Part shown: positions 12,801-23,723 of the stretch, in pieces
Position numbering within the stretch: position 1 is the first letter of the stretch
Layout of the letters: every line of letters starts with the position of its first letter
From: Utricularia gibba
Taxonomy: Eukaryota; Plantae; Magnoliophyta
Assembly: GCA_002189035.1 (NCBI GenBank)
Contig: NEEC01000407.1
Location: 1 to 33,702, forward strand
Direction of reading: 5' to 3'
DNA: 33,702 nt
Notes under the pieces: model-generated
Told to the model about the DNA's origin: nothing
Database searches by the model: none
Seen by the model: the letters and a program-made list of their open reading frames with translations, nothing else
Position numbers and translations under genes: made by a program

Positions 12801-15800
12801 ATTGGGGACGTTGGGACTCGTTTGCTCGTTTTTATGCGAAAATTTTCTCGGCTTGCGAAACACGCGTGATTCGTTAATATATGTCAAAATCTTGAATTTC
12901 GCGGCATTCTCATGCGTTTCTCGAGTGTGCTCGGGCCCTGGGAATTCCTACATTAAGGGGTGGCCTCGCGCAGCCTTCGCCATTGACGCCACATCGTCCA
13001 AACCGTTTAGAGTCACGCGACACACAGCATACCGTTTCGAAGCTCATTCCGAGACGGTCGTTTTTCGTGTTGGGAGTTCGCCCATCCGAGGAAAGTTCGA
13101 AGCTCGAAGGATGGCCTTATATTAGCCTTCAATGGTGTCACAAAATGGTCTAGCCATTGGGGACATTGCGACTCCTTTGCTCGTTTTTATGCGAAAATTT
13201 CTCGGCTTGCGAAACACGCGTGATTCGTTAATATATGTCAAAATCTTGAATTTCGCGGCATTCTCATGCGTTTCTCGGTGTGCTCGGGCCCTGGAATTCC
13301 TACACCAAGGGGTGGCTCGCGCAGCCTTCGCCATTGACGCCACATCGTCCAAACCGTTTAGAGTCACGCGACACACAGCATACCGTTTCGAAGCTCATTC
13401 TGAGACGATCGTTTTTCGTGTTGGGAGTTCGCCCATCCGAGGAAAGTTCGAAGCTCGACGGATGGCCTTATATAGCCTTGAATGGTGTCACAAAATGGTC
13501 TAGCCATTGGGGACGTTGCGACTCCTTTGCTCGTTTTTATGCGAAAATCGGATTGCGAAACACGCGTGATTCGTTAATATATGTCAAAATCTGAATTTCG
13601 CGGCATTCTCATGCGTTTCTAGGGTGTGCTCGGGCCTGGGACTTCCTACACCAAGGGGTGGCCTCGCGCAGCCTTCGCCATTGACGCCACATCGTCCAAA
13701 CCGTTTAGAGTCACGCGACACACAGCATACCGTTTCGAAGCTCATTCTGAGACGATCGTTTTTCGTGTTGGGAGCTCGCCCATCCGAGGAAAGTTCGAAG
13801 CTCGAAGGATGGCCTTATATAGCCTTGAATGGTGTCACAAATGGCTAGCCATTGGGGACATTGCGACTCCTTTGCTCGTTTTTATGCGAAAATTTTCTCG
13901 GATTGCGAAACACGCGTGATTCGTTAATATATGTCAAAATCTTGAATTTCGCGCATTCTCATGCGTTTCTCGAGTGTGCTCGGGCCCTGGGAATTCCTAC
14001 ATTAAGGGGTGGCCTCGCGCAGCCTTCGCCAATTGACGCCACATCGTCCAAACCGTTTAGAGTCACGCGACACACAGCATACCGTTTCGAAGCTCATTCT
14101 GAGACGATCGTTTTTCGTGTTGGGAATCGCCCATCCGAGGAAAGTTCGAAGCTCGACGGATGGCCCTATATAAGCCTTGAATGGTGTCACAAAATGGCCT
14201 AGCCATTGGGGACGTTGGGACTCGTTTGCTCGTTTTTATGCGAAAATAATCTCGGCTTGCGAAACACGCGTGATTCGTTAATATATGTCAAAATCTTTTC
14301 GCGGCATTCTCATGCGTTTCTCCGAGTGTGCTCGGGCCCTGGGAATTCCTACATTAAGGGGTGGCCTCGCGCAGCCTTCGCCATTGACGCCACATCGTCC
14401 AAACCGAGAGTGACACAAGCATTCGTTTCGAAGCTCATTCCGAGACGGTCGTTTTTCGTGTTGGAAGTTCGCCCATCCGAGGAAAGTTCGAAGCTCGACG
14501 GATGGCCCTATATAAGCCTTGAATGGTGTCACAAAATGGCCTAGCCATTGGGGACGTTGGGACTCGTTTGCTCGTTTTTATGCGAAAATTTTCTCTCGGC
14601 TTGCGAAACACGCGTGATTCGTTAATATATGTCAAAATCTTGAATTTCGCGGCATTCTCATGCGTTTCTCCGAGTGTGCTCGGGCCCTGGAATTCCTACA
14701 TTAAGGGGTGGCCTCGCGCAGCCTTCGCCATTGACGCCATCGTCCAAACCGTTTAGAGTCACGCGACACACAGCATACCGTTTCGAAGCTCATTCCGAGA
14801 CGGTCGTTTTTTCGTGTTGGGAGCTTGCCCATCCGAGGAAAGTTCGAAGCTCGAAGGATGGCCTTATATTAGCCTTCAATGTGTCCAAAATGGTCTAGCC
14901 ATTGGGGACATCGCGACTCTTTGCTCGTTTTTATGCGAAAATTATTCTCGGCTTGCGAAACACGCGTGATTCGTTAATATATGTCAAAATCTTGAATTTC
15001 GCGGCATTCTCATGCGTTTCTCGGGTGTGCTCGGGCCCTGGGACTTCCTACACCAAGGGGTGGCCTCGCGCAGCCTTCGCCATTGACGCCACATCGTCCA
15101 AACCGTTTAGAGTCACGCGACACACAGCATACCGTTTCGAAGCTCATTCTGAGACGATCGTTTTTCGTGTTGGAGTTCGCCCATCCGAGGAAAGTTCGAA
15201 GCTCGAAGGATGGCCTTATATTAGCCTTGAATGGTGTCACAAAATGGTCTAGCCATTGGGGACGTTGCGACTCCTTTGCTCGTTTTTATGCGAAAATTGT
15301 CGGATTGCGAAACACGCGTGATTCGTTAATATATGTCAAAATCTTGAATTTCGCGCATTCTCATGCGTTTCTGGGTGTGCTCGGGCTGGGACTTCCTACA
15401 CCAAGGGGTGGCCTCGCGCAGCCTTCGCCATTGACGCCACATCGTCCAAACCGTTTAGAGTCACGCGACACACACATACCGTTTCGAAGCTCATTCTGAG
15501 ACGATCGTTTTTCGTGTTGGGAGTCGCCCATCCGAGGAAAGTTCGAAGCTCGAAGGATGGCCTTATATTAGCCTTGAATGGTGTCACAAAATGGTCTAGC
15601 CATTGGGGACGTTGCGACTCCTTTGCTCGTTTTTATGCGAAAATTATTCTCGGATTGCGAAACACGCGTGATTCGTTAATATATGTCAAAATCTTGAATT
15701 TCGCGGCATTCTCATGCGTTTCTCCGATGTGTGCTCGGGCCCTGGAATTCCTACATTAAGGGGTGGCCTCGCGCAGCCTTCGCCATTGACGCCACATCGT

Positions 15801-18800
15801 CCAAACCGTTTAGAGTCACGCGACACACAGCATACCGTTTCGAAGCTCATTCTGAGACGATCGTTTTTCGTGTTGGGAGTCGCCCATCCGAGGAAAGTTC
15901 GAAGCTCGGATGGCCTATATAAGCCTTGAATGGTGTCACAAAATGGCCTAGCCATTGGGGACGTTGCGACTCCTTTGCTCGTTTTTATGCGAAAATTGTT
16001 CTCGGATTGCGAAACACGCGTGATTCGTTAATATATGTAAAATCTTGAATTTCGCGGCATTCTCATGCGTTTCTATGGGTGTGCTCGGGCCCGGGACTTC
16101 CTACACCAAGGGGTGGCCTCGCGCAGCCTTCGCCATTGACGCCACATCGTCCAAACCGTTTAGAGTCACGCGACACACAGCATACCGTTTCGAAGCTCAT
16201 TCTGAGACGATCGTTTTTCGTGTTGGGAATCGCCCATCCGAGGAAAGTTCGAAGCTCGACGGATGGCCCTATATAAGCCTTGAATGGTGTCACAAAATGG
16301 CCTAGCCATTGGGGACGTTGGGACTCGTTTGCTCGTTTTTATGCGAAAATATCTCGGCTTGCGAAACACGCGTGATTCGTTAATATATGTCAAAATCTTG
16401 AATTTCGCGGCATTCTCATGCGTTTCTACGGGTGTGCTCGGGCCCTGGGACTTCCTACACCAAGGGGTGGCCTCGCGCAGCCTTCGCCATTGACGCCACA
16501 TCGTCCAAACCGTTTAGAGTCACGCGACACACATTACCGTTTCGAAGCTCATTCTGAGACGATCGTTTTTCGTGTTGGAAGTTCGCCCATCCGAGGAAAG
16601 TTCGAAGCTCGACGGATGGCCTATATAGCCTTGAATGGTGTCACAAAATGGCCTAGCCATTGGGGACGTTGGGACTCGTTTGCTCGTTTTTATGCGAAAA
16701 TTGTTCTCGGCTTGCGAAACACGCGTGATTCGTTAATATATGTCAAAATCTTGAATTTCGCGGCATTCTCATGCGTTTCTCCGAGTGTGCTCGGGCCCTG
16801 GGAATTCCTACATTAAGGGGTGGCCTCGCGCAGCCTTCGCCATTGACGCCACATCGTCCAAACCGTTTAGAGTCACGCGACACACAGCATACCGTTTCGA
16901 AGCTCATTCTGAGACGATCGTTTTTCGTGTTGGGAGTTCGCCCATCCGAGGAAAGTTCGAAGCTCGACGGATGGCCCTATATAGCCTTGAATGGTGTCCA
17001 AAATGGTCTAGCCATTGGGGACATCGCGACTCCTTTGCTCGTTTTTATGCGAAAATTATTCTCGGATTGCGAAACACGCGTGATTCGTTAATATATGTCA
17101 AAATCTTGAATTTCGCGGCATTCTCATGCGTTTCTCGGTGTGCTCGGGCCTGGGAATTCCTACATTAAGGGGTGCCTCGCGCAGCCTTCGCCATTGACGC
17201 CACATCCAAACCGTTTAGAGTCACGCACACAGCATACGTTTCGAAGCTCATTCTGAGACGGTCGTTTTTCGTGTTGGAGTTGCCCATCCGAGGAAAGTTC
17301 GAAGCTCGAAGGATGGCCTATATTAGCCTTCAATGGTGTCACAAAATGGCCTAGCCATTGGGGACGTTGGGACTCGTTTGCTCGTTTTTATGCGAAAATA
17401 ATCTCGGCTTGCGAAACACGCGTGATTCGTTAATATATGTCAAAATCTTGAATTTCGCGGCATTCTCATGCGTTTCTCCGAGTGTGCTCGGGCCCTGGGA
17501 ATTCCTACACCAAGGGTGGCCTCGCGCAGCCTTCGCCATTGACGCCACATCGTCCAAACCGTTTAGAGTCACGCGACACACAGCATACCGTTTCGAAGCT
17601 CATTCTGACGGTCGTTTTTCGTGTTGGAACTTGCCATCCGAGGAAAGTTCGAAGCTCGAAGGATGGCCCTATATTAGCCTTCAATGGTGTCACAAAATGG
17701 TCTAGCCATTGGGGACATTGCGACTCCTTTGCTCGTTTTTATGCGAAAATTATTCTCGGCTTGCGAAACACGCGTGATTCGTTAATATATGTCAAAATCT
17801 TGAATTTCGCGGCATTCTCATGCGTTTCTCGAGTGTGCTCGGGCCCTGGGAATTCCTACACCAAGGGGTGGCCTCGCGCAGCCTTCGCCATTGACGCCAC
17901 ATCGTCCAAACCGTTTAGAGTCACGCGACACACAGCACGTTTCGAAGCTCATTCTGAGACGGTCGTTTTTCGTGTTGGAGTCGCCCATCCGAGGAAAGTT
18001 CGAAGCTCGACGGATGGCCCTATATAAGCCTTGAATGGTGTCACAAAATGGCTAGCCATTGGGGACGTTGGGACTCGTTTGCTCGTTTTTATGCGAAAAC
18101 TAATCTCGGCTTGCGAAACACGCGTGATTCGTTAATATATGTCAAAATCTTGAATTTCGCGGCATTCTCATGCGTTTCTCCGAGTGTGCTCGGGCCCTGG
18201 GAATTCCTACACCAAGGGGTGGCCTCGCGCAGCCTTCGCCATTGACGCCACATCGTCCAAACCGTTTAGAGTCACGCGACACACAGCATACCGTTTCGAA
18301 GCTCATTCTGACGGTCGTTTTTCGTGTTGGAGTCGCCCATCCGAGGAAAGTTCGAAGCTCGAAGGATGGCCTATATAGCCTTCAATGGTGTCACAAAATG
18401 GTCTAGCCATTGGGGACGTTGCGACTCCTTTGCTCGTTTTTATGCGAAAATAATCTCGGCTTGCGAAACACGCGTGATTCGTTAATATATGTCAAAATCT
18501 TGAATTTCGCGGCATTCTCATGCGTTTCTCGGGTGTGCTCGGGCCCTGGGACTTCCTACACCAAGGGGTGGCCTCGCAGCCTTCGCCATTGACGCCACAT
18601 CGTCCAAACCGTTTAGAGTCACGCGACACACAGCATACCGTTTCGAAGCTCATTCTGAGACGGTCGTTTTTCGTGTTGGGAGTTGCCCATCCGAGGAAAG
18701 TTCGAAGCTCGAAGGATGGCCCTATATAAGCCTTGAATGGTGTCACAAAATGGTCTAGCCATTGGGGACGTCGCGACTCCTTTGCTCGTTTTTATGCGAA

Positions 18801-21800
18801 AATTATTCTCGGATTGCGAAACACGCGTGATTCGTTAATATATGTCAAAATCTTGAATTTCGCGGCATTCTCATGCGTTTCTCCGAGTGTGCTCGGGCCC
18901 GGAATTCCTACACCAAGGGGTGGCCTCGCGCAGCCTTCGCCATTGACGCCACATCGTCCAAACCGTTTAGAGTCACGCGACACACAGCAACGTTTCGAAG
19001 CTCATTCTGAGACGGTCGTTTTTCGTGTTGGGAGTCGCCCATCCGAGGAAAGTTCGAAGCTCGAAGGATGGCCCTATATTAGCCTTGAATGGTGTCACAA
19101 AATGGTCTAGCCATTGGGGACATTGGACTCCTTTGCTCGTTTTTATGCGAAAATAATCTCGGCTTGCGAAACACGCGTGATTCGTTAATATATGTCAAAA
19201 TCTTGAATTTCGCGGCATTCTCATGCGTTTCTCCGAGTGTGCTCGGGCCCTGGGAATTCCTACACCAAGGGTGGCCTCGCGCAGCCTTCGCCATTGACGC
19301 CACATCCAAACCGTTTAGAGTCACGCGACACACAGCAACCGTTTCGAAGCTCATTCTGACGGTCGTTTTTCGTGTTGGGAACTTCGCCCATCCGAGGAAA
19401 GTTCGAAGCTCGAAGGATGGCCCTATATAGCCTTGAATGGTGTCACAAAATGGCCTAGCCATTGGGGACATTGCGACTCCTTTGCTCGTTTTTATGCGAA
19501 AACTAATCTCGGCTTGCGAAACACGCGTGATTCGTTAATATATGTCAAAATCTTGAATTTCGCGGCATTCTCATGCGTTTCTCCGAGTGTGCTCGGGCCC
19601 TGGGAATTCCTACATTAAGGGGTGGCCTCGCGCAGCCTTCGCAATTGACGCCACATTCCAAACCGTTTAGAGTCACGACACACAGCAACCGTTTCGAAGC
19701 TCATTCTGAGACGGTCGTTTTCGTGTTGGAGCTTGCCCATCCGAGGAAAGTTCGAAGCTCGAAGGATGGCCTTATATTAGCCTTCAATGGTGTCACAAAA
19801 TGGTCTAGCCATTGGGGACATTGCGACTCCTTTGCTCGTTTTTATGCGAAAATAATTCTCGGCTTGCGAAACACGCGTGATTCGTTAATATATGTCAAAA
19901 TCTTGAATTTCGCGGCATTCTCATGCGTTTCTCGGGTGTGCTCGGGCCCTGGGACTTCCTACACCAAGGGGTGGCCTCGCGCAGCCTTCGCCATTGACGC
20001 CACATCGTCCAAACCGTTTAGAGTCACGCGACACACAAGCATACCGTTTCGAAGCTCATTCCGAGACGGTCGTTTTTCGTGTTGGGAGCTTGCCCATCCG
20101 AGGAAAGTTCGAAGCTCGAAGGATGGCCCTATATAGCCTTCAATGGTGTCACAAAATGGCTAGCCATTGGGGACATTGCGACTCCTTTGCTCGTTTTTAT
20201 GCGAAAATTATTCTCGGATTGCGAAACACGCGTGATTCGTTAATATATGTCAAAATCTTGAATTTCGCGGCATTCTCATGCGTTTCTCGAGTGTGCTCGG
20301 GCCCTGGGAATTCCTACACCAAGGGGGCCTCGCGCAGCCTTCGCAATTGACGCCACAACGTCCAAACCGTTTAGAGTCACGCACACAGCATACCGTTTCG
20401 AAGCTCATTCTGAGACGGTCGTTTTTCGTGTTGGAGTCGCCCATCCGAGGAAAGTTCGAAGCTCGAAGGATGGCCCTATATTAGCCTTCAATGGTGTCAC
20501 AAAATGGCTAGCCATTGGGGACGTTGCGACTCCTTTGCTCGTTTTTATGCGAAAATTATTCTCGGATTGCGAAACACGCGTGATTCGTTAATATATGTCA
20601 AAATCTTGAATTTCGCGGCATTCTCATGCGTTTCTCCGAGTGTGCTCGGGCCCTGGGAATTCCTACACCAAGGGGTGGCCTCGCGCAGCTTCGCCATTGA
20701 CGCCACATCGTCCAAACCGTTTAGAGTCACGACACACAGCATACCGTTTCGAAGCTCATTCTGAGACGGTCGTTTTTCGTGTTGGGAGTTCGCCCATCCG
20801 AGGAAAGTTCGAAGCTCGAAGGATGGCCTATATTAGCCTTCAATGGTGTCACAAAATGGTCTAGCCATTGGGGACGTTGGGACTCGTTTGCTCGTTTTTA
20901 TGCGAAAATTATTCTCGGCTTGCGAAACACGCGTGATTCGTTAATATATGTCAAAATCTTGAATTTCGCGGCATTCTCATGCGTTTCTCCGAGTGTGCTC
21001 GGGCCCTGGGAATTCCTACACCAAGGGTGGCCTCGCGCAGCCTTCGCAATTGACGCCACATCCCAAACCGTTTAGAGTCACGCGACACACAGCATACCGT
21101 TTCGAAGCTCATTCTGAGACGGTCGTTTTTCGTGTTGGGAGTCGCCCATCCGAGGAAAGTTCGAAGCTCGAAGGATGGCCCTATATTAGCCTTCAATGGT
21201 GTCACAAAATGGTCTAGCCATTGGGGACATTGCGACTCCTTTGCTCGTTTTTATGCGAAAATAATCTCGGCTTGCGAAACACGCGTGATTCGTTAATATA
21301 TGTCAAAATCTTGAATTTCGCGGCATTCTCATGCGTTTCTCGGGTGTGCTCGGGCCCTGGGACTTCCTACACCAAGGGGTGGCCTCGCGCAGCCTTCGCC
21401 ATTGACGCCACATCGTCCAAACCGTTTAGAGTCACGCGACACACAGCATACCGTTTCGAAGCTCATTCCGAGACGGTCGTTTTTCGTGTTGGGAGTTGCC
21501 CATCCGAGGAAAGTTCGAAGCTCGAAGGATGGCCCTTATATAGCCTTCAATGTGTCACAAAATGGTCTAGCCATTGGGGACATCGCGACTCCTTTGCTCG
21601 TTTTTATGCGAAAATTATTCTCGGATTGCGAAACACGCGTGATTCGTTAATATATGTCAAAATCTTGAATTTCGCGGCATTCTCATGCGTTTCTCCGAGT
21701 GTGCTCGGGCCCTGGGAATTCCTACACCAAGGGTGGGCCTCGCGCAGCCTTCGCAATTGACGCCACATCCAAACCGTTTAGAGTCACGCGACACAAAGCA

Positions 21801-23366
21801 CCGTTTCGAAGCTCATTCTGAGACGGTCGTTTTTCGTGTTGGAACTCGCCCATCCGAGGAAAGTTCGAAGCTCGAAGGATGGCCCTATATAGCCTTCAAT
21901 GGTGTCACAAAATGGTCTAGCCATTGGGGACGTTGGGACTCGTTTGCTCGTTTTTATGCGAAAACTAATCTCGGCTTGCGAAACACGCGTGATTCGTTAA
22001 TATATGTCAAAATCTTGAATTTCGCGGCATTCTCATGCGTTTCTCGAGTGTGCTCGGGCCCTGGGAATTCCTACACCAAGGGTGGCCTCGCGCAGCCTTC
22101 GCCATTGACGCCACATCGTCCAAACCGTTTAGAGTCACGCGACACACAGCATACGTTTCGAAGCTCATTCTGACGGTCGTTTTTCGTGTTGGGAGTTCCC
22201 ATCCGAGGAAAGTTCGAAGCTCGACGGATGGCCTATATAGCCTTCAATGGTGTCACAAAATGGTCTAGCCATTGGGGACATTGCGACTCCTTTGCTCGTT
22301 TTTATGCGAAAATAATTCTCGGCTTGCGAAACACGCGTGATTCGTTAATATATGTCAAAATCTTGAATTTCGCGGCATTCTCATGCGTTTCTCGAGTGTG
22401 CTCGGGCCCTGGGAATTCCTACATTAAGGGGTGGCCTCGCGCAGCCTTCGCAATTGACGCCACAACTTCCAAACCGTTTAGAGTCACGCGACACAAAGCA
22501 TTCGTTTCGAAGCTCATTCTGAGACGGTCGTTTTCGTGTTGGAGTTCGCCCATCCGAGGAAAGTTCGAAGCTCGAAGGATGGCCTATATTAGCCTTCAAT
22601 GGTGTCACAAAATGGTCTAGCCATTGGGGACATTGCGACTCCTTTGCTCGTTTTTATGCGAAAACTAATCTCGGCTTGCGAAACACGCGTGATTCGTTAA
22701 TATATGTCAAAATCTTGAATTTCGCGGCATTCTCATGCGTTTCTCGGGTGTGCTCGGGCCCTGGGACTTCCTACACCAAGGGGTGGCCTCGCGCAGCCTT
22801 CGCCATTGACGCCACATCGTCCAAACCGTTTAGAGTCACGCGACACACAGCATACCGTTTCGAAGCTCATTCCGAGACGGTCGTTTTTCGTGTTGGGAGC
22901 TTGCCCATCCGAGGAAAGTTCGAAGCTCGAAGGATGGCCCTATATTAAGCCTTGAATGTGTCACAAAATGGTCTAGCCATTGGGGACGCGACTCCTTTGC
23001 TCGTTTTTATGCGAAAATTATTCTCGGATTGCGAAACACGCGTGATTCGTTAATATATGTCAAAATCTTGAATTCGCGGCATTCTCATGCGTTTCTCCGA
23101 GTGTGCTCGGGCCCTGGGAATTCCTACACCAAGGGTGGCCTCGCGCAGCCTTCGCCATTGACGCCACATCTCCAAACCGTTTAGAGTCACGCAGCGTTTC
23201 GAAGCTCATTCTGAGACGGTCGTTTTTCGTGTTGGGAACTCGCCCATCCGAGGAAAGTTCGAAGCTCGAAGGATGGCCCTATATTAGCCTTCAATGGTGT
23301 CACAAAATGGTCTAGCCATTGGGGACGTTGGGACTCGTTTGCTCGTTTTTATGCGAAAACTAATCT

Positions 23367-23723
23367 CGGCTTGCGAAACACGCGTGATTCGTTAATATAT
23401 GTCAAAATCTTGAATTTCGCGGCATTCTCATGCGTTTCTCCGAGTGTGCTCGGGCCCTGGGAATTCCTACATTAAGGGGTGGCCTCGCGCAGCCTTCGCC
23501 ATTGACGCCACATCGTCCAAACCGTTTAGAGTCACGCGACACACAGCATACCGTTTCGAAGCTCATTCTGAGACGATCGTTTTTCGTGTTGGGAGTTCGC
23601 CCATCCGAGGAAAGTTCGAAGCTCGACGGATGGCCCTATATAAGCCTTGAATGGTGTCACAAAATGGCCTAGCCATTGGGGACGTTGCGACTCCTTTGCT
23701 CGTTTTTATGCGAAAATTATTCT
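23367..23723 (+). repeat. Reference full-length monomer (357 bp); family possibly related to the rice Os48/TrsA ~355-bp subtelomeric satellite
   Basis: Seen: 357 bp, 91 C + 88 G (~50% GC), 32 CpG by hand count, one GAATTC. Inference from memory only: this length, the EcoRI-monomer character and tRNA-like motifs fit descriptions of Oryza Os48/TrsA, but other plant 350-360 bp satellites are not excluded. The confidence given refers to the family assignment, not to the monomer itself. Confidence 0.45.
23637..23707 (+). promoter_or_regulatory. Degenerate TATA / A-box-like / B-box-like / T5 motif cluster, present once per monomer (shown in monomer 68)
   Basis: TATATAA at 23637-23643, TGGCCTAGCCATTGG at 23665-23679, GTTGCGACTCC at 23684-23694 and TTTTT at 23703-23707. 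Motif resemblance only; the A-to-B spacing is non-canonical. Confidence 0.2.

Larger units (their letters stand above)
1..17062 (+). repeat. Left sub-array (monomers 1-49), enriched in the haplotype GACGAT / GCTCGACGG / TATATAAGCCTTGA / AATTGTTCT
   Basis: Hand count: GCTCGACGG-type in ~33 of 49 monomers and GAGACGAT-type in ~30 of 49. The ATATGTAAAA-type variant (monomers 3, 5, 6, 13, 20, 21, 25, 27, 47) occurs only here. Confidence 0.85.

Noticed and set aside
23367-23723. Monomer as a dimer of two ~178-bp subunits
   Set aside because: The length fits a dinucleosome, but shared words between halves (GCCATTG, TGGCCT, AGCCTT, CATTCT) lie at inconsistent offsets (174, 185, 152, 141 bp), so no alignment is supported by eye.
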